DNA from: Candidatus Omnitrophota bacterium
GTDB taxonomy: Bacteria; Omnitrophota; Gorgyraeia; Pluralincolimonadales; Pluralincolimonadaceae
Direction: 5' to 3'
Assembly (NCBI GenBank): GCA_003141835.1
Contig: PLNR01000009.1
Location: 72,307 to 136,306, forward strand
Length of the DNA stretch: 64,000 bases
Below are positions 47,199 to 56,091 of this stretch, piece after piece (position 1 is the stretch's first letter; each line of letters starts with the position of its first letter). The notes under the pieces were generated by a model that saw nothing but the letters and a program-made list of their open reading frames with translations, searched no databases and had not been told where the DNA came from. The translations under genes were made by a program, and so were the position numbers.

Positions 47199-48638
47199 TT
47201 AAGAGACTATCGTATTCTTTCCCTTTGCTTTCGCTTCGTTCAGGGCTGAATTCGCTTTTTTTATCAGGTCTTCGGCGGCCACGCCGTCTATCGGGTTCTC
47301 GCTCACGCCGCCGCTTACGGTCACGAAGTTGCGCGGATAACCTTTGCCGCCGGTGATGCCGAAAGCCTCTACGCGCTGCTTGAGGACTTCAGCCGCCGTA
47401 TTCCCCTGTTTCTTGTTCTTCTCCGGCAGTATCACGGCGAACGTATCTCCGCTCAATCTGCCGACCCTGTCAACCTCGGTAATGTTGGATTCTATTATCT
47501 TGCCGATCTTTTTTATGGTATCTTCGGCCGCCAACTCCCCGTTTATGTCCCTGTATAAATTGAGGTCGTCGATATTAAAAAGCAAAAACGAGCACGGCCG
47601 CTGGTACAGCACGGCGCGCTTAATCTCTTCCTCGAGACGGGACATGATGAATTTCTCGTTATAGAGGCCGGTGAGTTCGTCCTTGATGGCCAGTTCCTTT
47701 GCCTTGGCCGTCAATAATTCGTTCTCAACGGCTATGGCCGTCTGTTTCGCGAAAAGTTTTATAAGTTCAGCGTCCTCTTCCTTGAACTCATAATCCGGCG
47801 CCGTATTGCATAACCCTATTACCCCGAAGCCGCGCCCGTGCGCGACAATGGGAGAAAGGAGGCAATTCGTTACGCTGAAGACCTTCCGGAATTCCTCGAT
47901 GTCCGGCGTAATGCGCGACCGCCTGTCTATGGTGGCCATCTTGTTATCGGCGACGAGTTTTCCGAGGAGCCCCGTGCCTATCTTGATCCGGAACGAATTC
48001 AGGCTGCCGCTCAGGTTCTCGCTCTCTTTCATCACGAGGGTATTCTTCTCCTCGGTAAGCATCACGAACGCGGACGAATCTTCCTCGACTTGGCTGATCT
48101 TGCCGATGGTTATCTTAAGTATCTCCTCGAGCGAAGCTCCCTGCGAGATGAGATTGCTGACCTGAAGGAGGCTCGACATGATAAGGACCTTCTTGTTGAT
48201 CTCTACGTTTATCTCTTTGGTCCTCTCGCCGTAGGAACGCAGTTCGTCCATGTTCTCGCGTATACGGCGGGTGAGCACGTTAAGGGTGGTGCCGAGCTCT
48301 CCCACCTCGTCCTCGGTCTTGACATCTATGCTCCTCGAGAAATCGCCGTTAGCGATGCCCTTGGCCCTGGCAGCCATATCGATTATCGGCGAGGCGATGT
48401 CCCAGATGATCTTGAAGCCGAGCACGGCGATGAGCATGGTTATACCTATGATCAGCGAGACGTTTTTCGTCGTGAAATCCAAGTCGATATTCGGCTGGAG
48501 GAACGGGAAATAAATGAAATTGTAAGCGAGATAGACACAGATGGCAAGCGGTATGAAGGACATCAACACGAAAACAACGGTTAGCTTATAACGGAGACCG
48601 GCGGGTATAAGCGACAGTTTCTTGATTATTCCTGCCAT
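47199..48638 (-). CDS. Membrane sensor protein with TM, HAMP, GAF and a degenerate GGDEF domain (SGDTF in place of GG[DE]EF).
   Basis: Two TM helices and a HAMP-like segment. A GAF-like region. The C-terminal GGDEF fold (LTGLYNEKF...RLSGDTFAVILPE) has a degenerate active site and no RxxD I-site. The likely start is the ATG at 48638, after a GGGAGA Shine-Dalgarno. Confidence 0.75.
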   Translation of the reverse strand: MAGIIKKLSLIPAGLRYKLTVVFVLMSFIPLAICVYLAYNFIYFPFLQPNIDLDFTTKNVSLIIGITMLIAVLGFKIIWDIASPIIDMAARAKGIANGDFSRSIDVKTEDEVGELGTTLNVLTRRIRENMDELRSYGERTKEINVEINKKVLIMSSLLQVSNLISQGASLEEILKITIGKISQVEEDSSAFVMLTEEKNTLVMKESENLSGSLNSFRIKIGTGLLGKLVADNKMATIDRRSRITPDIEEFRKVFSVTNCLLSPIVAHGRGFGVIGLCNTAPDYEFKEEDAELIKLFAKQTAIAVENELLTAKAKELAIKDELTGLYNEKFIMSRLEEEIKRAVLYQRPCSFLLFNIDDLNLYRDINGELAAEDTIKKIGKIIESNITEVDRVGRLSGDTFAVILPEKNKKQGNTAAEVLKQRVEAFGITGGKGYPRNFVTVSGGVSENPIDGVAAEDLIKKANSALNEAKAKGKNTIVS

Positions 48639-48671
48639 CTTTATCATCTCCCTTCGTAATTTATTATAAAA

Positions 48672-48700
48672 AGTATACCTGTTCCTAAATTAGGTGTCAA
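48672..48700 (-). promoter_or_regulatory. Sigma70 promoter (TTGACA-17-TATACT) upstream of the sensor-pilT-mshEN-pilB-pilB-pilC gene string.
   Basis: Read directly from the sequence. It is followed by a GGGAGA Shine-Dalgarno. Confidence 0.5.
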
Positions 48701-48706
48701 ACATAA

Positions 48707-50341
48707 TTATCGCAACGCGATAAATCCCCAGGGCAGCCTTTCGTCTAACCCACGCTCTCTCAATGAATAACGATCCGGGTCTATGCCTGCTTCGCGGAAA
48801 GCCGGCAGCCACTTTTCGAGGTCGAAATTTTCCTTCCAGCTGTCGAACCGGCACCCGTTTTTCCAGGCAAGATAAAGCGCCTTTGAGAGTTCCCTGTCCC
48901 CGCGCGCGAAGACCGCCTCCAGGTAGCTCATCTTCGGGTCATGGAAAACAAATTTTACCCTTGTCCGCCTCGCCTTCTCCCTTATATACCTCTGCCTCCT
49001 GTATACCTCATCGGCCGGAAGCATCGCCTCGCGTTCAAACCTCGTATGCGGCTTCGGGATAAAGACCGATACCGCGGCATTTATGTCGGCGGGCCTGCCG
49101 TCGACCTTCTTTTTTGTCTCGGAGACCTCCCTGGCCAGGTCGACGATGGCATCGAGGTCGCTGTCATCCTCTCCGGGCAGGCCGATCATGAAATATAGCT
49201 TTATCCTGCGCCAATTGTTCTTGAAAGCCTGGTACGCGCATTCTTTTAGCGCCTCCGGCGGTATATTTTTATTGATCGCCTTTCGCAACTTATCGCTGCC
49301 GACCTCCGGAGCGAAGGTAAGACCCGTATGCCTGCCCGAGGTGAGCTCGAGCGGGAACCGGCTCGTCATCTCCTCGACCCTGAGCGACGGGAAAGAGATG
49401 CTTACCGCCCTCTCCTTGAAGGCCCCTGTCAGCGATGTCACTATCTCCATTATCTGCGGGTGGTCGCCCGAGGATAATGAGACGAGCGATATCTCGTCAT
49501 AGCCCGTATTTTTATATATCTTCTCAGCCAGCGAGAGTATCTTCGACGGCGAACGGAAACGGTTGGGCCCGTATATCGCGCACGCCTGGCAGAAATTGCA
49601 CGCCCTCCTGCAGCCGCGCATTATCTCTATCTGTATCCTGTCATGGACGACGTTTATGAAAGGCACTACCGGCTTTTCCGGGAACGGCGCGGCCTCGAGG
49701 TCGGCGATGAACCTTTTATTTACCTTCTTCGAAATGGAGGGTACATACACGCCTTCGAGCGCGGCAAGTTTTTCCAACAACGCGCGCCGGCCCGAGCCGT
49801 CTTTCTTGTTCTCTATCACCGCGTCGACGACTTCCAGTATCGCCTCCTCGGCCTCGCCGATGATGAAACAATCGAAGAAATCCGCGACCGGTTCGGGATT
49901 GAAAGCGCACGGCCCGCCGCCCACTATGAGAGGACTGGAGCCGTCGCGGTCTTTCGAAAAGAGCGGTATGCCGGAAAGGTCGAGCATGTTAAGGATATTC
50001 GTATAACTCAACTCATACTGGAGGGAAAATCCAACTATGTCGAACTTGCCGAGCGGCCGGCGCGTCTCAAGGGAAAAAAGCGGTATCTTATTCTCCCTCA
50101 TGGCCTTTTCCATATCGTGCCACGGCGCGAACGAGCGTTCGCATGCGACATCGCCCCTGTCATTGAGGATGGAATAGAGGATCTTCAACCCGAGATGGCT
50201 CATCCCGACTTCGTAGAGGTCGGGGAAACATAAGGCGACCCTGCAGCCTATCCCCTTATCCCCTTTTACGACGCTGTTCCATTCGCCGCCCGTGTACCGG
50301 GCGGGTTTTTCCACGCCGAGGAGTATCTCGTCGGTCAGCAT
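48707..50341 (-). CDS. B12-binding-domain radical SAM protein, TIGR03960 family.
   Basis: CRRACNFCQAC (CxxxCxxC) radical SAM cluster motif. 544 aa. Its start overlaps the rodA stop (ATGA). Confidence 0.85.
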   Translation of the reverse strand: MLTDEILLGVEKPARYTGGEWNSVVKGDKGIGCRVALCFPDLYEVGMSHLGLKILYSILNDRGDVACERSFAPWHDMEKAMRENKIPLFSLETRRPLGKFDIVGFSLQYELSYTNILNMLDLSGIPLFSKDRDGSSPLIVGGGPCAFNPEPVADFFDCFIIGEAEEAILEVVDAVIENKKDGSGRRALLEKLAALEGVYVPSISKKVNKRFIADLEAAPFPEKPVVPFINVVHDRIQIEIMRGCRRACNFCQACAIYGPNRFRSPSKILSLAEKIYKNTGYDEISLVSLSSGDHPQIMEIVTSLTGAFKERAVSISFPSLRVEEMTSRFPLELTSGRHTGLTFAPEVGSDKLRKAINKNIPPEALKECAYQAFKNNWRRIKLYFMIGLPGEDDSDLDAIVDLAREVSETKKKVDGRPADINAAVSVFIPKPHTRFEREAMLPADEVYRRQRYIREKARRTRVKFVFHDPKMSYLEAVFARGDRELSKALYLAWKNGCRFDSWKENFDLEKWLPAFREAGIDPDRYSLRERGLDERLPWGFIALR

Positions 50342-51447
50342 CAGAAGACTTTGCGTTTATTTTTTATGTTCTCGAGGATGCCTACGCAGGCGAGGGACAT
50401 TATAAGGAAGGAACCGCCGTATGAGACGAAAGGAAGCGGCAGGCCGACTACAGGCATTATGCCGCAGACCATGCCGATATTCACTATCACATGCACGGTG
50501 AACATCGTGGTTATCCCGTAGGCAAGGGTCTTGCCGTATGTGTCGCTTGTCGTCTCGGCGATCCTTATCCCCTTATCCACGAAACTGTAAAAAAGGAACA
50601 AGAGCAAGGCGCCGCCTATGAACCCCCACTCCTCGCCCACCACCGAGAAGATGAAATCCGTGTGGCGCTCAGGCAGGAAGTTCAGCTGGTTCTGCGTCCC
50701 GGCGAGCCATCCCTTGCCTAATATCCCTCCCGATCCTATCGCTATCTTGGATTGTATGATCGTATATCCCGCGCCGAGCGGGTCCAGGTTGGGGTTGAGG
50801 AAGACTAAAAGCCGCGCCCTCTGGTAATCCTTCAGGATGAACCACAAAAACGGCACGCACGCCAGCCCTGCGCCGATCATGAAAAGAAGGTATTTCGGCC
50901 GCGCCCCGGCGATCAGCAGCATGGTAAAGAGGATCGGCACGAAGATCAATGCCGTCCCGAGGTCCGGTTCCTTGAATATGAGGAGCATCGGGACCACGGC
51001 CATGGCGAAAGGAATGATCAGGGCCTTCATCTCTCCTATGCCTTCCTTTATGTCGCCGAGATATTTTGCCAGCGCGAATATAAAAGTGACCTTCGCGAAT
51101 TCAGACGGCTGGAACGCGAACGAGCCGAACTCTATCCACCTCCTCGCCCCGTAACGGACATCCCCGATGCCGGGGACGAGGACAAGGACCAGGAACAGGA
51201 CGTTCAGGCCGAAGATGTAATAACTGAAATCTATTATCCTCTGGTAGCCTATCCTGAATATCACCACGGCGACAACAAGGCCGATCGCCGCGGAATTGAC
51301 CTGCCTCATCGCGAGGTTCGCGTTCGAGGAGACGAGTTTCTGGTACGAGGCGCTGTAGACGACGAAGAGCCCCATGAGCAGGATTATCGCCGTTATGAGC
51401 ACGAGCCCGTAATCGAATTCGCCTTTTAACTTATACCCGTTCTTCAT
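50341..51447 (-). CDS. rodA: Peptidoglycan glycosyltransferase RodA (SEDS family).
   Basis: 368 aa polytopic membrane protein, FtsW/RodA motifs, located downstream of mrdA. Confidence 0.9.
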   Translation of the reverse strand: MKNGYKLKGEFDYGLVLITAIILLMGLFVVYSASYQKLVSSNANLAMRQVNSAAIGLVVAVVIFRIGYQRIIDFSYYIFGLNVLFLVLVLVPGIGDVRYGARRWIEFGSFAFQPSEFAKVTFIFALAKYLGDIKEGIGEMKALIIPFAMAVVPMLLIFKEPDLGTALIFVPILFTMLLIAGARPKYLLFMIGAGLACVPFLWFILKDYQRARLLVFLNPNLDPLGAGYTIIQSKIAIGSGGILGKGWLAGTQNQLNFLPERHTDFIFSVVGEEWGFIGGALLLFLFYSFVDKGIRIAETTSDTYGKTLAYGITTMFTVHVIVNIGMVCGIMPVVGLPLPFVSYGGSFLIMSLACVGILENIKNKRKVF

Positions 51448-53168
51448 TTGAATATTTCCGTGTTATCCTTGGCGAAATCCAGCACCTTCTTCGCTATGTC
51501 CGCGGCAGTCACGCCGCCGTGGCCGCCGTGTTCGACCATGACCACAAAAGCTATCTTCGGGTCTTCAGCCGGCGCGAAACCCAAGAACCACGCGTGCGGA
51601 TCGCCGTTAGGCGTCTGCGCGGTGCCGGTCTTCGCAGCAACCTTTATCCCCTCTATCCTGGCCCTCTGCCCGGTACCGGTATCCGAGGCGACGACGTTCA
51701 CCATCGCGGACTTTATCGTCTGCATCGCTGCCTTTGAGACCGGTATCGTCCTCGGTTTAGGCACCTGCACATAGTCATTGCCGACCTTCTTTAAAATATG
51801 CGGCCTCGGCGCGCTGCCCTCGGTCGCAAGCGCCGAAACGACCTCGACCATCTGCAGCGGCGTCACAAGGAGATCGCCCTGGCCTATGGCGTAATTGATC
51901 GTCTCGCCCTCATACCAGGCCTGCCCTCTCCTCGCTTTTTTCCAGGCGGGATTCGGCACGAGGCCGGCGCTTTCGCCGGCGATATCAATGCCTGTGGGCC
52001 TCCCCAAGCCGAACTTCTGGGCATATTCAGAGATCGTATCCGGCCCCAGCTTGTGCCCGAGATTGTAAAAATAAACGTTGCATGAATGCGTTATCGCATC
52101 GCGAAGGTCCTGCGGCCCGTGGCCTCCTTCTTTCCAGCAGTCGAACTCGGCCCTTCCGAGGTAGAATTTCCCGGTGCAGACGAAAGTCGTATGCTCGGTA
52201 ATTGTCTTCGTCTCGAGGCCTGCGTCCGACATTATTATTTTAAAAATTGAGCCGGGCGGGTACTGGCCGTTCACCGCGCGGTTGAGCATCGGGTGCGAGC
52301 CGGACTTCATGTAATCAAGCACCTGTTCGCCCTTGCCCCGCTCTACGAATATATTCGAGTCGAATGACGGAGATGAAACCAAGGCTAATATCTCCCCATT
52401 GCGCGGGTCCATGATGACAAGCGAACCCTTGACCCCTTCGAGGCAATCGGCCGCGTAGGCCTGCAATTTCGCATCGACGGTCAGGGTGATATCCTCGCCC
52501 TTCTTCTGGTTCTTGCTCCCGAGGATCTTGACCAGCCTGCCTGAGGCATCCACTTCCAGCTGCGTGCCGCCGTCCTCGCCCTTGAGGTATTTGTCGTATG
52601 CCCTCTCGATGCCGGAACGGCCGACCAGGTCATCTCCCGAATACCCGTAATCCCTGAGCCTCTCAAGCTCTTCCTTGTTTATGAGGCTTAGGTAACCGAT
52701 GAGGTGCGATGTTCTTTCGCCGTAGATATACCACCGCAGCGTCCTCGGGAGGACCAGGACCCCGGGCAGCTCCTGTTTCTTCTCCTCCAGGCGGAAGGCG
52801 AGATCCTTATCTACGTCGCCTGCTATGGTTATCGGCGCGAACGGCGCGGTATAATCTTTTTTCACTATCGATTCGATGCGGGACCTCGAAATGCCGAGGG
52901 CCTGGGAGAGGCGGCCGTATGTCGTATCGACATTCTCGACCTCCTGCGGGATTATGACGACATCAAAAGAGAGGCGGTTGTCGACTATCGCGAGGCCGTT
53001 CCTGTCGTAGATAGTGCCGCGAAGGCCGGGCAGCGGTATGAGCCTTATGTGGTTCTTCTTGGACAGGTCGTGATAGAGCGGCCATCTCAATATCTGCAGA
53101 TAGACGAGCCCCGCCAGTATGACCAGGAACAATATATCGACTATGACCGAATATATCCTACCGCGCAT
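51444..53168 (-). CDS. mrdA: Penicillin-binding protein 2 (elongasome transpeptidase).
   Basis: PBP dimerisation domain and transpeptidase motifs STFK-like (GSIFK), SxN, KTGT. Confidence 0.9.
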   Translation of the reverse strand: MRGRIYSVIVDILFLVILAGLVYLQILRWPLYHDLSKKNHIRLIPLPGLRGTIYDRNGLAIVDNRLSFDVVIIPQEVENVDTTYGRLSQALGISRSRIESIVKKDYTAPFAPITIAGDVDKDLAFRLEEKKQELPGVLVLPRTLRWYIYGERTSHLIGYLSLINKEELERLRDYGYSGDDLVGRSGIERAYDKYLKGEDGGTQLEVDASGRLVKILGSKNQKKGEDITLTVDAKLQAYAADCLEGVKGSLVIMDPRNGEILALVSSPSFDSNIFVERGKGEQVLDYMKSGSHPMLNRAVNGQYPPGSIFKIIMSDAGLETKTITEHTTFVCTGKFYLGRAEFDCWKEGGHGPQDLRDAITHSCNVYFYNLGHKLGPDTISEYAQKFGLGRPTGIDIAGESAGLVPNPAWKKARRGQAWYEGETINYAIGQGDLLVTPLQMVEVVSALATEGSAPRPHILKKVGNDYVQVPKPRTIPVSKAAMQTIKSAMVNVVASDTGTGQRARIEGIKVAAKTGTAQTPNGDPHAWFLGFAPAEDPKIAFVVMVEHGGHGGVTAADIAKKVLDFAKDNTEIFK

Positions 53169-53177
53169 ATTTATATT

Positions 53178-53708
53178 TTATTGAGGGCGCCTGCCCTCAA
53201 ACACCTTTTTCTTGAAGACTATCTCTTTATAGTCCGTTTCTACGGACGGCATGAAAAATTCGAGGACCTTGAAGACAAGAGGCGCCAATAACGAAGTATA
53301 TACCGCCGCGGGTATGGCGAGGAAGAAGACCGCCCTGTAATAAGGAAATCCGGACGAGCAGATGAACAGGTCGTAGATGAGCATCGAAGACGCGGCCGCG
53401 GCGGCAGCCATTATCATCTGCGCCGACGCCAAATGCCTGTAAAGCGCTTCTTTATATAAGCCCGCGATATAACCGATCGCCCCGTAAAGTATGAGTATCA
53501 AAGGATGCGCGCCTGAGAAGGCCATCTCCAGGAGCCCGCCGAAGAAGCCGCAGGCCGCGCCCTTCTCTTTATTGGAATTAAGCGAGAAAAAGAGGACGCC
53601 TATGAGGACGAGTTCCGGGCTTACGCCGAGAAGTTTTATGTAATTACAGCTTCCCGCCTCAAGGATAGAAATTATAACCAGCGTTATGATGATCCTGGGC
53701 CAGCTCAT
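53178..53708 (-). CDS. mreD: Rod shape-determining protein MreD.
   Basis: 176 aa polytopic membrane protein following mreC. Confidence 0.8.
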   Translation of the reverse strand: MSWPRIIITLVIISILEAGSCNYIKLLGVSPELVLIGVLFFSLNSNKEKGAACGFFGGLLEMAFSGAHPLILILYGAIGYIAGLYKEALYRHLASAQMIMAAAAAASSMLIYDLFICSSGFPYYRAVFFLAIPAAVYTSLLAPLVFKVLEFFMPSVETDYKEIVFKKKVFEGRRPQ

Positions 53709-54484
53709 TCTACCGCTAATACCTCCTCGATCGCCATCGGGTTTATCGCCGGCTCTATTACCGCGAACTGGTACATCTGGTTGAATTCAAGCCTGGCATC
53801 TATCACTTTCCCGGCGAGGAACCCCTGCGGATAGACGCCGCTCGTTCCGGAGGCGACGACAGTGTCGCCGGCCTTTATGTCCGCGTCCTTGGGTATGAAC
53901 TTCATTATGCACCGGCCGTGTGTGATGCCGTACATAAGGCCGCTCGCCCTCCCCCTCTGCGAGACGACCGCGACCCTTATCTCGGGATCCGTTACCAGCG
54001 ATACGCGCGAGCTCGATAAGCCGACCGCGGTGACTTTACCGATAATGACCCCGTCGGCCAGCACGGCCATGTCTTCCTTCATGCGGTCGTTGGCGCCTTT
54101 GTTTATTACCAGGCTCTCGGACCAGTTCGTCAGGTCCAGTTTGGTGACTTTGGCGGCTACGGAGCGCCGCCCGATCTTGTCCTTCATGGAGAGTATGCCC
54201 TTGAGCCTCCTGTTCTCGGAGACGGCCTCATCAAGCGCGGCGGCCCGGGACTTCAACGCCGCGGCATCGCGCTGCAATCTTTTATTTTCATTGGCTATGC
54301 TCTTGAAATGCAGGAGCTCGAACCCGGTTTCGACGACCGCGGACGCGATCTGCGCCGGGAGATGGAGGATGGAATTCAAACCTAAGGTAGTTCTGTTTGC
54401 GAGGGATTCAAACGCGATAAGCAGGATTATAAAAAGAGATACTGCGGCGACAAGAGTTAGAGGTTTGTTCTGGAATTTTTTCAC
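53705..54484 (-). CDS. mreC: Rod shape-determining protein MreC.
   Basis: TM helix, coiled coil and a beta-rich C-terminal domain. Sits between mreB and mreD. Confidence 0.85.
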   Translation of the reverse strand: MKKFQNKPLTLVAAVSLFIILLIAFESLANRTTLGLNSILHLPAQIASAVVETGFELLHFKSIANENKRLQRDAAALKSRAAALDEAVSENRRLKGILSMKDKIGRRSVAAKVTKLDLTNWSESLVINKGANDRMKEDMAVLADGVIIGKVTAVGLSSSRVSLVTDPEIRVAVVSQRGRASGLMYGITHGRCIMKFIPKDADIKAGDTVVASGTSGVYPQGFLAGKVIDARLEFNQMYQFAVIEPAINPMAIEEVLAVE

Positions 54485-54489
54485 ATCGT

Positions 54490-55566
54490 TTACTGTGATT
54501 CAGGGGACTTCGACGCGGTAGTGACCGTCACCTTCTTGAGATATTTTATTTCGCTTAAGACCATCCCTGTCCCGAGCGCGACCGCTGTGATCGGGTCCTC
54601 GGCTATGTGTACGGGAAGGCCTGTCTGTTCCGAAAGGAGTTTGTCCAGGCCCCTGAGCAACCCGCCGCCGCCTGCCAATACCATCCCGCGCTCTATGAGG
54701 TCCGCGGAAAGCTCCGGCGGTGTGCGCTCGAGGGTTATCCTGACCGCCTCGACTATGGCAGCTATTGGCTCCGCAAGAGCTTCTCTTACTTCCTCGGAAG
54801 AGATCGTGACCGTCTTCGGGAGGCCGGCAACCAGGTCGCGGCCGCGGACTTCCATCGTCATCTCCTCATCAAGCGGATAAGCCGAGCCTATCTTTATCTT
54901 TACCTCCTCGGCGGTGCGTTCGCCGATCATAAGATTATAAGTCTTTTTCAGGTGCTGTATTATCGCGTCGTCCATCTCGTCGCCGCCTATGCGGATAGAT
55001 TTCGAGTAGACTATATCGGAGAGTGAGACTACGGCCATCTCTGTCGTGCCGCCGCCGATATCGATAATCATGTTGCCGGCGGGTTCCTGTATCGGCAGCC
55101 CGACGCCTATCGCGGCCGCTATCGGCTCCTCGACGAGGTATACCTCGCGGGCGCCTGCCCTCTCGGCCGAATCCTTGACCGCGCGCTTCTCGACCTCGGT
55201 AATGCCCGAGGGGATGGCGATTACCATGCGCGGCCTGACCAAAACTCTCCTGTTGTGGACCTTATTAATAAAATACCGAAGCATAGCTTCGGTGATCTCA
55301 AAATCAGCAATAACTCCGTCTTTCATCGGCCTTATGGCCACTATCGAACCGGGGGTGCGGCCTAACATCCGCTTCGCCTCTTCGCCGACCGCCAGGACAT
55401 GGTTAGTCCCTTTCTGAATGGCGACGACCGAAGGTTCGCAAAGCACTATCCCTTGGCCTTTTACGTAAACAAGCGTGCTCGCCGTGCCAAGGTCGATGCC
55501 CATGTCGTTTGAGAACATGCCGGAGATATTGTTAAATCCCCTCTTTAAGACATCGAAAATGTTCAC
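54490..55566 (-). CDS. mreB: Rod shape-determining actin homolog MreB.
   Basis: [13 protein letters not shown]...IDIGGGTTE... Confidence 0.95.
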   Translation of the reverse strand: MNIFDVLKRGFNNISGMFSNDMGIDLGTASTLVYVKGQGIVLCEPSVVAIQKGTNHVLAVGEEAKRMLGRTPGSIVAIRPMKDGVIADFEITEAMLRYFINKVHNRRVLVRPRMVIAIPSGITEVEKRAVKDSAERAGAREVYLVEEPIAAAIGVGLPIQEPAGNMIIDIGGGTTEMAVVSLSDIVYSKSIRIGGDEMDDAIIQHLKKTYNLMIGERTAEEVKIKIGSAYPLDEEMTMEVRGRDLVAGLPKTVTISSEEVREALAEPIAAIVEAVRITLERTPPELSADLIERGMVLAGGGGLLRGLDKLLSEQTGLPVHIAEDPITAVALGTGMVLSEIKYLKKVTVTTASKSPESQ

Positions 55567-55676
55567 CCTATACCTCTTTCTTTTTTATGGGAAAATGGGG
55601 TTCATTTTGACCCACCCTCCCAGTATCATAAGAGGATACCAAACCACCCTCAAATTGTCAATACATAAAGCGCCGG

Positions 55677-55867
55677 CCGCAAATTCACAGCGGTCTAAAA
55701 CTCGGGTTCTTTTCCCCTCATCGCCCGCTTGCGGGCCCCTGCGAGGCCCGCGCCGCTTGAAATCCTCTCGCTCTGCCTTAAGTAATAGCGGGGCAGCCGT
55801 GCCCGCTCGAGTCTTTCCAGGCGATGAGGGGCAAAAGACCCTCGTTTTCCGAGCAATGAATTCGCGG
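55677..55867 (+). mobile_element. MITE-like 191-bp GC-rich structured repeat with 11-bp TIRs (CCGCAAATTCA...TGAATTCGCGG), copy B.
   Basis: Inverted homolog of 19859-20051. It contains the stem CCCCTCATCGCC/GGCGATGAGGGG enclosing about 110 nt of nested hairpins. Confidence 0.7.
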
Positions 55868-55924
55868 AGGCGGCTTGTGCTTTAAGCCTAATATATGGCC
55901 CATAGACCTTCGTGTTATTGCAGG

Positions 55925-55990
55925 GCTTTACTAATCCGAGCGGGCCGGTTCGCCAGGCAATCTTTTATCTGCGAGAGCGAGGAGTATAGT
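55925..55990 (-). repeat. Degenerate fragment of the same repeat family, in the opposite orientation to copy B.
   Basis: The shared blocks CGAGCGGGC and CTGCGAGAGCGAGGA are collinear with the middle of the element. Confidence 0.4.
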
Positions 55991-56091
55991 ACAGAGTGAT
56001 CCCATCTGCTGGGATGGGAGAACGTCCCTGCAAGAACACAAGGTCGAAGGGCCAGCATATAGATGCCGGGATGAAGAGACAAGCCGCGGGA

